From Acholeplasma sp. (GTDB lineage Bacteria > Bacillota_I > Bacilli_A > ML615J-28 > CAG-698), in contig DUOW01000011.1 in NCBI GenBank assembly GCA_012838635.1, forward strand, positions 4,882 through 68,881: a stretch of DNA of 64,000 nucleotides. Reading direction: 5' to 3'. Positions within the stretch are counted from its first letter, which is position 1, and the number at the start of each line of letters is the position of its first letter. Positions 10,000 to 19,349 of this stretch are shown one piece after another. The notes under the pieces were generated by a model. The model saw only the letters and a program-made list of their open reading frames with translations. It was not told where the DNA came from and ran no database searches. Both the position numbers and the translations under genes were made by a program.

Positions 10000-11226
10000 T
10001 TAGATTAATCTTTCTCCGGTCTCCGCATTAAATACAAAGTAGGAAGAATAATTAAATCTGATCTTGTGTCCTACCTCCAAGTCTTTGATTGTTTGAGCAG
10101 ATACTAATGCTTTAAATGTTTTGCTAGCATCTTCAATTGAAGCAATAACCATTGTATCTCTACCAATGTGTTCTAAGAATTCAATCTCTGCTTCTAATCT
10201 TCCCTTTGGATCTACTTGGAAAAACTCGGCTCTAATACCTAGATGAATCGGTTGATCCTCTAGTTTAACCTTTTCTAAAACTTTACCATTTACGATAAGT
10301 TTTCCATCTTCAATTTTACCTTCAATAATGTTAATTGGAGGATTTCCTAAGAACTTAGCTACAAACTCATCTACTGGTTCATTGTAAACATGTTGAGGTT
10401 TGTCTTTTTGATGTAAAACGCCATCTTTCATAACGACGATTTCATCAGAAATACTCATTGCTTCTTCTTGGTCGTGTGTTACAAAGATTGTTGTAATACC
10501 AGTTTCTCTTTGAATTCTTCTAATTTCTTCTCTCATTTGCATTCTTAAACGTGCATCTAAGTTAGATAAAGGTTCATCAAGAAGTAATACTCTTGGCATT
10601 TTAACTAAAGCTCTTGCGATAGCAACTCTTTGTTGTTGACCTCCAGATAATTGATTTGGTTTACGATTCATTAAGTCTCCAATTTGAACAAGCTCAGCCA
10701 TATATTGTGCTCTTTTTTCCGCTTCTTCTTTTGGAACTTTCATGTTTTCTAATGGGAACATAATGTTTTGTTTTACCGTCATATGAGGATATAACGAATA
10801 GTTTTGGAAAACTAAACCAATTCCTCTTTTTTCTGGCGGTAAGTTAGTAACATCATCATCACCAAAGTAGATTCTTCCCGCTGTAGGTTGGTGTAAACCC
10901 GAAATCATGTAAAGTGTTGTTGATTTCCCACAGCCCGAAGGTCCTAATAGTCCAACTAACTTGCCTGCTGGAATTGTTACATCAAAATTGTCAACAGCTA
11001 CTGTAATTCTGTTTGTCTTTTTTTCTACGAATTCCTTAGTTAGTCCTTCTAGCCTAATTTCAACCCCCATATTTTTCATGTCTTTTTTGATTGTCTCAGT
11101 ATCAAAAACGGCCTCTTCTTTTGTAGATTCTAAAGCTAAATCTTTTTCTTTTACTTCTTTAGAATCTCCTGCTTGGGGTTTTTCCTTTTTCTTAAATTTT
11201 TCTTTGATTTTGTCAAAAATTCCCAT
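10000..11226 (-). CDS. ABC transporter ATP-binding subunit (MalK/UgpC-like) with ~50-aa charged N-terminal extension
   Basis: GPSGCGKST, LSGGQQQRVA, LLLDEPLSNLD; RBS AGGAG upstream. Confidence 0.95.
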   Translation of the reverse strand: MGIFDKIKEKFKKKEKPQAGDSKEVKEKDLALESTKEEAVFDTETIKKDMKNMGVEIRLEGLTKEFVEKKTNRITVAVDNFDVTIPAGKLVGLLGPSGCGKSTTLYMISGLHQPTAGRIYFGDDDVTNLPPEKRGIGLVFQNYSLYPHMTVKQNIMFPLENMKVPKEEAEKRAQYMAELVQIGDLMNRKPNQLSGGQQQRVAIARALVKMPRVLLLDEPLSNLDARLRMQMREEIRRIQRETGITTIFVTHDQEEAMSISDEIVVMKDGVLHQKDKPQHVYNEPVDEFVAKFLGNPPINIIEGKIEDGKLIVNGKVLEKVKLEDQPIHLGIRAEFFQVDPKGRLEAEIEFLEHIGRDTMVIASIEDASKTFKALVSAQTIKDLEVGHKIRFNYSSYFVFNAETGERLI

Positions 11227-11253
11227 ATCATCTCTCCTATTTCTTAAGTATTA

Positions 11254-11283
11254 AAAAAGTCCACTCAATTAAAAAGTGGACTT
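11254..11283 (-). terminator. Intrinsic terminator/attenuator in the ABC operon leader
   Basis: Minus strand AAGTCCACT-ttttaattg-AGTGGACTT followed by a U-run, about 27 nt before the ATPase start. Confidence 0.8.
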
Positions 11284-11382
11284 AGTTATGTTAAAATATG
11301 GCATAAGAATGCCAAAAGTAGTACTAACTAACATAGTACTACAAGAGTTCATATTCACATTAGCTTGCTGAGACAAATTCAT
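11269..11382 (-). CDS. Putative 37-aa leader peptide (not in ORF track)
   Basis: AAGGAG RBS, 8 nt, ATG; MNLSQQANVNMNSCSTMLVSTTFGILMPYFNITKSTF*; stop lies in the terminator loop. Confidence 0.6.
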   Translation of the reverse strand: MNLSQQANVNMNSCSTMLVSTTFGILMPYFNITKSTF

Positions 11383-11402
11383 GAAATACACTCCTTATCC
11401 TT

Positions 11403-11431
11403 ATTATACTACATTTTCCTTTTTCCTTCAA
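11403..11431 (-). promoter_or_regulatory. SigA-type promoter for the leader/ABC operon
   Basis: TTGAAG-N17-TATAAT overlapping the recR 3' end. Confidence 0.65.
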
Positions 11432-12002
11432 GGGCTTTTATCAAAGTTGTTTCATTAGCATACTCGATATTTGTCCCCGCAGGAAGACCATAACCAATTC
11501 GATAAACTTCCAATTCGTCTTTCAATAAATTGTTTATGTAATAAGCTGTCATTTCTCCATCTAGCGTAGGATTTGTAGAAATAATAACTTCGGTAATTCC
11601 TTCATCTTTAATTCTTTGTTTTAAACTACCTAAGTTAATATCATCTGGACCAACACCATTTAAAGCTGAAATTACACCATTTAAGATATGATATCTTCCA
11701 TGATATTGTCCTGTTGCTTCAATACTAATCATATCTTTATTGTTTTCTAAAATCATAAGTTGTTTTGTTCTTGTATAATCTTTACAAACAAAACAAAGAT
11801 CTTGATCAGTTAAAATCCCACAGTTTTTACATGGATGAACTTCTTCTAAAGCTTTAAGTAAATTGCTAGATAAGCTTTTAACATCTTCTTGATCTGCTCC
11901 AAGTAAAACATGTAAAGCAAGTCTTTCTGCTGTTTTGGGTCCTATTCCAGGAAATTTCTTAAAACTTGCAATTAGTTCTTCTAAAGCTTTTGGATATTTC
12001 AA
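11409..12002 (-). CDS. recR: Recombination mediator RecR
   Basis: PGIGPKTAERLA, C4 zinc finger, TNPTLDGEMTA; dnaX-ybaB-recR synteny. Confidence 0.97.
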   Translation of the reverse strand: MKYPKALEELIASFKKFPGIGPKTAERLALHVLLGADQEDVKSLSSNLLKALEEVHPCKNCGILTDQDLCFVCKDYTRTKQLMILENNKDMISIEATGQYHGRYHILNGVISALNGVGPDDINLGSLKQRIKDEGITEVIISTNPTLDGEMTAYYINNLLKDELEVYRIGYGLPAGTNIEYANETTLIKALEGKRKM

Positions 12003-12004
12003 AA

Positions 12005-12313
12005 TTAAAACCCACCATATCCTAGCATACTTTGATATTTTCTCATCTTCTCTTCGGTAAATTTATCAATGTCATCAATTGCAATCTGACAAGCAGCTAC
12101 AATCATATCGCTTAACATCTCAAAATCATCACTATCATGAGCTTCAAAAGAAGGATCGATATCAACTTTGACTAATTTCTTATTACCTAGCATTTCAATA
12201 GTGACAACACCGCCTGCTGAAGCAGTAAATAAAGTTGCTTCAATTTCACGTTGTGTTTCAACCATTTCTTCTTGTAATTGTTTAATCTTTTTCATTAATG
12301 CTTGTTGGTTCAT
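12005..12313 (-). CDS. ybaB: YbaB/EbfC nucleoid-associated protein
   Basis: ASAGGVVTIEMLG..IDP..DFEMLSDMIVAA; position between dnaX and recR. Confidence 0.92.
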   Translation of the reverse strand: MNQQALMKKIKQLQEEMVETQREIEATLFTASAGGVVTIEMLGNKKLVKVDIDPSFEAHDSDDFEMLSDMIVAACQIAIDDIDKFTEEKMRKYQSMLGYGGF

Positions 12314-12314
12314 A

Positions 12315-15300
12315 TTATTCCTCCGTCTTCACAATTTCAGAACCGAAGATATCTGCTAATTCTTCAGTAATTGATTTTTCTTTTTGATTAGATATATTTT
12401 TTAAATAAGGATTTCTTATTGGTGATAATTTTTTCGGGATTGAGCCCATTAAATAAGAACTTGCAAACTCTTCCCTTTTCTCACTAAAGTCTGATTCGGG
12501 TAAAGCCATATAGTTATAGAAAGCTCCTAATTTATCTTCTAGGATACTTAATGCTCTTCTTCTAGTTTTTCTATCCATAATTTGATTACAAACCATTGGA
12601 CTTTCATATACTAAAATAATCTCATTTTTACCTACCGCTCTAACATCACCTTGTTTTAATAAATTTGCAACTGAAACATCTTGAGGTAAGACACTTTCGC
12701 CTAAATAAGGCCAAAGTTCAGCTATCCTGCGTTTATCTTCTCTTGCATCTTTATCTAAAGCATCAATCATTATCCTTAAGATTATTTCTTCTGAATAATT
12801 TTCATATGCTTCTTCTTCATTTAAGTCTTTTTTAACTACTGGTTTAGTTGTTTGTGCTTGTTCAACTGGTTGTGGTTCTGCTGGTGCAGATTTTGGTTCT
12901 ACAAGATCAATTAAATCAGCTAAACTATCAATTGATTTAACTTCTTCTTGAACTTTTTGAACCGGCTCTTCTACTTTTGGCTCTTCAGTTTCAACTTCTT
13001 GTGTTTCTAAACCCATAGATTTTTGTTCATAATAATCATCTTTAGATTGTTTTCTAACGATTGTTGAATGAGTGCTGTGAACAACAACTCCATCTTCAGT
13101 TGTATATGTTTCTTTTTTATCTTCTTTAACTTTTGTTTCTGGTTTAACATTAAATAAATTATAAACTTCTTTATCTAAAGCTTTGTTCTTATCTTTATCT
13201 GCAGAATAAGCTGCATCAGTAATATCATATTCATCTTTATTTTTTTCATGCTTATAGATATAACCACTTGATATTTCGCCAGGTTTAACATCTGCTTGAT
13301 ATTTCAAACGATAACTCATTGAAGCTTTATCAATTTCACCATCGCCATAACTATCTTCATCTTCAGTTTCTTCAACTTCAATAGCATCATAAGTTTCTTC
13401 ATCTAAAGTTTCATCTTCATAATCATCTGATGCTTCTAGTTCGTTATCTTGTTCTTCTGTTTCTAATTCGTATTCTTCTTGTTCTAAATTTTGTTCATCA
13501 TCTTCGCTAGTTGTTTCTAATTCGATATCTTCTTCTAGTGTTTCCTCATGTTTAAGATCTTCTTTTTCCTCTTTAGCAATAGCACCAAAATCAAAATCTT
13601 GTTCGTCTCTTGTTTCAAATTCAGAAACAGTAATAACTTCATCACCAAAAAACATAATTTGGTTATCAGAAACTTTTTTGCTTGATCTTTTTGGTTTGCG
13701 TTTTTGATCAGCTTCAAAATAGTTTTCAGCACTTAAACGATAAACTTGTTCTTCCATTTGGCGAACTCGTCTTTCAATATCTGCTAATCCTACTGTAGAT
13801 ACTTTGTTTTGATTATCTATGTGTTCTTCTGGTTTTGCTTCTTCTAAAGCATCGATTCTCGCACGTAAGATATCTAAATCTTCATTTCCTTGCGCTTTGC
13901 TTTGTTTTAAAAGCTCATTTACCTTTTTTGAAATTTCTTCTACATTAACTTCGTTAGAAGATGCCTTAAAACTTTTAACCTTGTTTTCAAGCTCTTCAAT
14001 TCTTTCTAAAAGTTCTGGATCAACTTCGTTACTACTAACAGGTGTACTTGATTCAAACTTCTTCCCTTCAATTTTAGATTCAATTATCTTTAATCTGCCT
14101 TCTAAATAAGATGGATTTAAAGTAGCTAAATCTCCTCTTAATGTCTTTATTTCTTTTTCGTAAGTATTTAATTTTGTATTAACTGATCTAACATCTTCTA
14201 CATCTAAAGTATTAGCTGTTTTTCTTTCTAACGCTTCTACTTTATTTTTTAATACCGGAAGCTCTAATTTACTTAATTCACTCGTAATTCTAACAACTGT
14301 TCTTTCTAAGTTTTGAACAGAAGCGCTACTGCCGCCAGTTCCACTTCCACCTTCTTCTAATCTAGTTTCAAGATCATTCAAACGACGAACGATATCTAAA
14401 TCTTCACTAGAAGCATTAATCATTTTAATAATCGCTACTTCTAAGAAAATTAAAGGATTTGCTGAATACTTAATTTTGTTTTGTGTGTCGCTTAAGATAT
14501 CTACATAATAGAAAATCTTGTTATTTTCTATGGTTTTAGCTAATTCTTTAAATTGTTCTTTTTGGAAAATATATTTTTCATTCTTTTCATGTTGGAAAGA
14601 TTTGTATACCAAAATATCGCGGTATAAGCTAATTAACGAAGAAGACATTTTTAAAGCTTCTTTACCTAAATTGTAAAGTTCGGTAACTGCTTTTAGTGTT
14701 TTTTCAATTTCTTTATCTTCAATATGTTTAGCAATTTCTAAAAGTTTGTCATAACTTAAATTACCAGTAATATCATTAACGATATCCAAAGTAATTTCTC
14801 CTTCTGCTAAAGCTATTGCTTGATCTAGATAACTTAAGGCATCACGCATTGCCCCTTCAACACTTTCGGCTAAAGCTATTGCTGCTTCATCTTCAATTTT
14901 TGTGTTTTCTTGTTCGCAAACAAATTTAATATGTTTATAGATATCTGAAATAGCAATTGGTCTAAAATCAAATCTTTGACAGCGAGATAGGATTGTGGGT
15001 ATAACACGATTTGGTTCTGTTGTTGCTAGAATGAAAATTGCATGTGCTGGTGGTTCTTCTAATGTTTTTAATAAAGCATTAAAAGCACTACCACTAAGCA
15101 TATGAACTTCATCAATAATATAGATCTTATACCTAGCACCACTTGGTAAAAACTTAACTTTTTCTCTAATGTCTCTAATTTGTTCAACACCATTATTACT
15201 TGCAGCGTCAATTTCAATAACATCTGGGCTTGTGGTAATGGCAATTTCTGTACAAGATGTACACTCTGAACAAGGTTCGCCGGTTTCTTTATTAACATAA

Positions 15301-15494
15301 TGGCAGTTTAAAGCCTTTGCAAAAATTCTTGCAATTGAAGTTTTACCTGTTCCTCTTGGCCCACTAAATAAATAAGCATGAGAAATTTTTCCTGTAATTA
15401 TTGAATTTTGTAATGTCTTGATAATAATGTCTTGACCAATAACTTCTGAAAATTTTTGGGGACGATATGTCCTATAAAGTGCTTTATAACCCAT
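12315..15494 (-). CDS. dnaX: DNA polymerase III subunit gamma/tau, unusually long (1059 aa)
   Basis: ALYRTYRPQKF, GPRGTGKT, IIDEVHML, SRCQRF; long coiled-coil and acidic central insert. Confidence 0.95.
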   Translation of the reverse strand: MGYKALYRTYRPQKFSEVIGQDIIIKTLQNSIITGKISHAYLFSGPRGTGKTSIARIFAKALNCHYVNKETGEPCSECTSCTEIAITTSPDVIEIDAASNNGVEQIRDIREKVKFLPSGARYKIYIIDEVHMLSGSAFNALLKTLEEPPAHAIFILATTEPNRVIPTILSRCQRFDFRPIAISDIYKHIKFVCEQENTKIEDEAAIALAESVEGAMRDALSYLDQAIALAEGEITLDIVNDITGNLSYDKLLEIAKHIEDKEIEKTLKAVTELYNLGKEALKMSSSLISLYRDILVYKSFQHEKNEKYIFQKEQFKELAKTIENNKIFYYVDILSDTQNKIKYSANPLIFLEVAIIKMINASSEDLDIVRRLNDLETRLEEGGSGTGGSSASVQNLERTVVRITSELSKLELPVLKNKVEALERKTANTLDVEDVRSVNTKLNTYEKEIKTLRGDLATLNPSYLEGRLKIIESKIEGKKFESSTPVSSNEVDPELLERIEELENKVKSFKASSNEVNVEEISKKVNELLKQSKAQGNEDLDILRARIDALEEAKPEEHIDNQNKVSTVGLADIERRVRQMEEQVYRLSAENYFEADQKRKPKRSSKKVSDNQIMFFGDEVITVSEFETRDEQDFDFGAIAKEEKEDLKHEETLEEDIELETTSEDDEQNLEQEEYELETEEQDNELEASDDYEDETLDEETYDAIEVEETEDEDSYGDGEIDKASMSYRLKYQADVKPGEISSGYIYKHEKNKDEYDITDAAYSADKDKNKALDKEVYNLFNVKPETKVKEDKKETYTTEDGVVVHSTHSTIVRKQSKDDYYEQKSMGLETQEVETEEPKVEEPVQKVQEEVKSIDSLADLIDLVEPKSAPAEPQPVEQAQTTKPVVKKDLNEEEAYENYSEEIILRIMIDALDKDAREDKRRIAELWPYLGESVLPQDVSVANLLKQGDVRAVGKNEIILVYESPMVCNQIMDRKTRRRALSILEDKLGAFYNYMALPESDFSEKREEFASSYLMGSIPKKLSPIRNPYLKNISNQKEKSITEELADIFGSEIVKTEE

Positions 15495-15655
15495 TAAATA
15501 CCAACTCCTTGCGCGTATATTATTATACCATAAAAAATCGTTATTTTAAACAGTTTTATTTAAAGAAGATTTATTTTTAAAAAGCTCTTTTTTACTGTCC
15601 TTGTTTTTATATAAATTTTATAGTATAATTAAAAAATAATAGAGGTGATGTAAAA

Positions 15656-16240
15656 GTGAAAAAAGAAAAAAAGCCTAAACACATTTTTGAACTTTTTTGG
15701 ATTTTCTTTAAAATCGGCGCTTTTACCTTTGGTGGTGGTTTAGCTATGTTACCTCTAATTAGAAGAGAACTTGCGGAAAGGAAAAAATGGATCTCAGATG
15801 AAGATATGTTAGATATGTTAGCCTTAGCTGAATGTACTCCTGGAGTTATTGCTGTTAATAGTGCTACCTATGTAGGATATTCTGTAGGTGGTTTTTGGGG
15901 TTCTCTCCTTGCAACAATCGGAGTAATCTTACCTTCAATAATAGTAATAACTATTATTTCCTTTTTCTATCAAGCTTTCTTAGAAAACAAAGTAATTACC
16001 CAAATCTTTTATGGCGTAAGAATTGGAGCTGTGGTTTTAATCTTAAATACCTTAATGAAATTATATAAAGTATTAAAAAAAGACTATATGTCTTATGGTT
16101 TTATCGTCGTTGCCTTAGTATTTGCTTTACTTTTAGATATTCCTACAATCACTATTATTATTTTTGGAATGTTAATTGGAGCAATTTTTGCTGTGATTAG
16201 CGCTAAAAAAGAAGTGGAGACTTATGATGGCATATATTAA
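15656..16240 (+). CDS. Short-chain chromate transporter (CHR family), subunit 1
   Basis: FFKIGAFTFGGG, AECTPGVIAVN. Confidence 0.9.
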   Translation: MKKEKKPKHIFELFWIFFKIGAFTFGGGLAMLPLIRRELAERKKWISDEDMLDMLALAECTPGVIAVNSATYVGYSVGGFWGSLLATIGVILPSIIVITIISFFYQAFLENKVITQIFYGVRIGAVVLILNTLMKLYKVLKKDYMSYGFIVVALVFALLLDIPTITIIIFGMLIGAIFAVISAKKEVETYDGIY

Positions 16241-16784
16241 AATACTTTTAGAATTATTCTTTGTTTTCTTTAAAATAGGTTTATTTACTATCGGTGGCGG
16301 TTACGCCATGATCCCAATGATAGAAGATGAAATTGTAATGCAAAAAGGTTGGATTACATCAAATGAGATTTTAAACTTCTTAGCAATCTCTGAGTCAACT
16401 CCTGGCCCATTTGCAATTAATATAGCAACTTTAATTGGTTTCCAACAAGCCGGCATCCTAGGTGGTATTGTTGCCACAATCGGTGTTGTTACACCTTCAT
16501 TTATTATTATCTATGTAATAGCGAAATTTATGTCTAAATTTTCTGAAAACTATTATGTGAAAACTGTCTTTAAAGTTTTAAAACCAATAATAATTGGTCT
16601 TTTGATTTCCGTAGTTGTTTCTTTAGTTGCCAAAAATTTATTCATTACTGAAGGAACAAATCAGCTTTTAGATTGGAAGGCTATTATAATAATGGTTGTT
16701 ATTTTTGCCTTGTCCCAAATCTTTAAAAAAGCTCACCCAATCTTTTTAATTTTAATTTCAGGTGTGCTCGGATATATCTTTTAA
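16224..16784 (+). CDS. Short-chain chromate transporter (CHR family), subunit 2
   Basis: FFKIGLFTIGGGY, SESTPGPFAIN. Confidence 0.9.
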   Translation: MMAYIKILLELFFVFFKIGLFTIGGGYAMIPMIEDEIVMQKGWITSNEILNFLAISESTPGPFAINIATLIGFQQAGILGGIVATIGVVTPSFIIIYVIAKFMSKFSENYYVKTVFKVLKPIIIGLLISVVVSLVAKNLFITEGTNQLLDWKAIIIMVVIFALSQIFKKAHPIFLILISGVLGYIF

Positions 16785-16808
16785 GGCCTTATTCCTTAGT
16801 TTTTAATC

Positions 16809-16837
16809 TTGACAAAAAAGCTGCATAATGATAAAAT
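16809..16837 (+). promoter_or_regulatory. SigA promoter of the asnS leader
   Basis: TTGACA-N17-TAAAAT with TG extension. Confidence 0.75.
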
Positions 16838-16844
16838 TAAACTA

Positions 16845-17075
16845 TAAAGCGATGAATAGAAAAGTACTATAAAAATCATTTACAGAGATATGATGGTGGT
16901 GAGAATCATAATTATCTTTTATAGGAAAGAACACTAGGAGCTGTTAGAAGAAATTTAAGTAGAACTAACCGTAAACTTTGCGTTAAAAAGTCAAATGAGT
17001 ATTGCGTATTTTATACGAACTAAGGTGGTACCGCGGAAATTTTTCGTCCTTAAATTAATTTTTTAAGGACTTTTT
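16845..17075 (+). promoter_or_regulatory. T-box riboswitch (Asn specifier)
   Basis: AGAGA and GGTGAGA loop motifs, specifier AAC at 16930-16932, T-box AACTAAGGTGGTACCGCG at 17018-17035, terminator GTCCTTAAA..TTTAAGGAC-T5; upstream of asnS. Confidence 0.92.
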
Positions 17076-17096
17076 ATATTTTAGGAGGAAATAAAA

Positions 17097-18479
17097 ATGG
17101 ATTTATATTTACTAGACAAAAACTATAAACAACTAGAAAACAAAGAAATTACGGTTGAAGGTTGGGTAAGGTCAAACAGAGATCAAAAAGAATTTGGTTT
17201 TATTGCTTTATCTGATGGAACAACTCTAGGAACTTTGCAACTTGTTTATGATAACAAACTAGAAAATTTTAGTGAAGTATCAAAAATCAGAATTGGCTCA
17301 AGTATTACCGCTAAAGGAATAGTTGTTTTAACACCTAATGCAAAACAACTATATGAACTTAAAGTTACAAAATTAAAGTTAATTGGTGACTCTCCCGAAG
17401 ATTACCCAATCCAACCAAAAAGACATTCACGCGAGTTTTTAAGAGAACAAGCTTATTTAAGACCGAGAACTAATTTATTTAATGCTGTCTTTAGAGTAAG
17501 AAGCGTCCTTGCTTATGCAATTCATAATTACTTCTACGAAAACAGATTTGTCTACTTACATTCACCAATCATTACCGCAAGCGATGCAGAAGGTGCTGGA
17601 GATATGTTCCAAGTAACAACTTTAGATTTAGACAATTTACCAAAAACAAAAGACAAAAAAGTCGATTATTCTCAAGACTTCTTTAAAAAAGCAGCTCATC
17701 TAACTGTATCAGGACAACTTGAAGCTGAAACGTTTGCCACTGCATTTAAGAAAGTTTATACTTTCGGGCCAACATTTAGAGCAGAAAACTCCAACACACA
17801 ACGCCATGCTTCAGAGTTTTGGATGATTGAACCAGAAATTTGCTTTGCGGACTTAAACGATGATATGGCTTTAATTGAAGATCTTTTAAAATATGTAATT
17901 AGATATGTTTTAAAACATGCTAAAGAAGAAATGGACTTCTTTGATAAGTTTGTTGCTAAAGGTAAAATCAAAGAATTAGAAGCTTTCCTTGATTCAAAAA
18001 TTGCTGTTTGTACACATAAAAATGCAATTAAAATCATGAAAGAATCTGATCATAAATTTACAGAAAAACCTGAATATGGAAAAGACCTAGCAACAGAACA
18101 CGAAAAATACTTAACTGATATTCATTTTAAAGGCCCAGTATTTGTAATTGATTGGCCAAAAGATATCAAAGCATTCTATATGAGACTAAACGAAGATGGC
18201 GAAACAGTAGCAGCTGTAGACTTACTAGTTCCTGGTTGTGGTGAATTAGTCGGTGGAAGCCAAAGAGAAGAACGTTATGACTTACTAGAAAAACGTATGA
18301 AAGAAATGAACGTTCCTGTTGATGAAATGCAGTGGTATCTAAACTTAAGAAAATACGGTACTGTAAAACATGCAGGATTTGGTATTGGATTTGAAAGATT
18401 AGTGATGTATGTTACTGGTATTGAAAACATTAGAGATGTTTTACCATATCCAAGAACACCAGGAAATTGCGAATATTAA
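17097..18479 (+). CDS. asnS: Asparagine--tRNA ligase
   Basis: LTVSGQLEAE, FGPTFRAENSNT.RH..EFWMIEPE, GFGIGFER. Confidence 0.97.
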   Translation: MDLYLLDKNYKQLENKEITVEGWVRSNRDQKEFGFIALSDGTTLGTLQLVYDNKLENFSEVSKIRIGSSITAKGIVVLTPNAKQLYELKVTKLKLIGDSPEDYPIQPKRHSREFLREQAYLRPRTNLFNAVFRVRSVLAYAIHNYFYENRFVYLHSPIITASDAEGAGDMFQVTTLDLDNLPKTKDKKVDYSQDFFKKAAHLTVSGQLEAETFATAFKKVYTFGPTFRAENSNTQRHASEFWMIEPEICFADLNDDMALIEDLLKYVIRYVLKHAKEEMDFFDKFVAKGKIKELEAFLDSKIAVCTHKNAIKIMKESDHKFTEKPEYGKDLATEHEKYLTDIHFKGPVFVIDWPKDIKAFYMRLNEDGETVAAVDLLVPGCGELVGGSQREERYDLLEKRMKEMNVPVDEMQWYLNLRKYGTVKHAGFGIGFERLVMYVTGIENIRDVLPYPRTPGNCEY

Positions 18480-18502
18480 ACTTGTTATTAATATATTAAA
18501 AC

Positions 18503-18531
18503 AAAAACACATTAGAAACTAATGTGTTTTT
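18503..18531. terminator. Bidirectional terminator between asnS and the dapF-like gene
   Basis: AAAAACACATTAG-aaa-CTAATGTGTTTTT. Confidence 0.8.
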
Positions 18532-18535
18532 TTAT

Positions 18536-19273
18536 TTATACTTCTATTGTACATATCTTATTTGCTTTTCCAAAAACAAACAGTTTTCCTTCGTCGTTCT
18601 TTAAAGTTAATATTCCTTTTTTTAAATGAACTTTAATTTCACTTGGAATCCTTTCTTTATCTTGAAGAACTAAATACACAAAAGCGCAAGAAAAATCTTT
18701 TCCTTCTAACCAGCCATCTTCATTATATGTATAGATAACAACATTATCTTTATTAACTAATCGGGCAAAACTGATATCTTTTTCTTCAGAAAAATAAGGG
18801 TTTTCATATAATTCTTCAGCTAAACCACTACTTGCTAACTCATCTAAATTTTTAGTAAGAACTAAAACTTGTTCTCTTTTATCTAAATAACGATAAATAG
18901 GAATCTTGCCTTTAGTTGTTAAGATTTCGTCTTCAATTAGTTTATCTTGATTAATTTCAATTTCATAGCCAATTAGATCTTGCCCTACAATTTTAATTTT
19001 TTTGCCATCATAATTTATTTCATTTTGATAATTGATTTTATAATCTTGAAAATATTTAGAAATAGCTCTTATTCCCCCAAAGTAGATATCTTTTTTATCT
19101 CCCTTTGCATTAAAAACTTTAATTTTGTTATTGAAATAGACTATTAATCCCTTAGCTCCAATTCCAAGTTTTCGATTGCATAGTTTAATTGCTTCTTTTG
19201 TATAATCAATATTTTGTCTTTCTTCGCCAATAAGAAAATCATTTCCTTCTTCATGATATTTATAATATTGCAT
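18536..19273 (-). CDS. DapF (diaminopimelate epimerase)-like protein lacking catalytic motifs
   Basis: KYH..GNDF, LCNRKLGIGAKGLI, VFNAKG and V.LKKG.L follow the DapF pattern; MCGNG and ACGTG are absent. Confidence 0.7.
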   Translation of the reverse strand: MQYYKYHEEGNDFLIGEERQNIDYTKEAIKLCNRKLGIGAKGLIVYFNNKIKVFNAKGDKKDIYFGGIRAISKYFQDYKINYQNEINYDGKKIKIVGQDLIGYEIEINQDKLIEDEILTTKGKIPIYRYLDKREQVLVLTKNLDELASSGLAEELYENPYFSEEKDISFARLVNKDNVVIYTYNEDGWLEGKDFSCAFVYLVLQDKERIPSEIKVHLKKGILTLKNDEGKLFVFGKANKICTIEV

Positions 19274-19307
19274 AAAATCACCTCGTTAGTAATTATACCA
19301 TAAAAAG

Positions 19308-19336
19308 AAAAAGGAGTAAAAATTTTACTCCTTTTT
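19308..19336. terminator. Terminator after ppdK
   Basis: AAAAAGGAGTAAAA-a-TTTTACTCCTTTTT. Confidence 0.8.
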
Positions 19337-19349
19337 TATATCGTTTGCT

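Noticed and set aside
11254..11400. Purine riboswitch or PyrR site in the ABC leader
   Set aside because: Purine aptamer core motifs and the PyrR AGTCCAGAGAGG-type motif were not found in the right context; reported as a leader-peptide attenuator instead
12315..15494. Intein or programmed gamma/tau frameshift in dnaX
   Set aside because: No intein-like splice motifs recognised at the insert borders, and no convincing slippery site with stimulator was identified by eye
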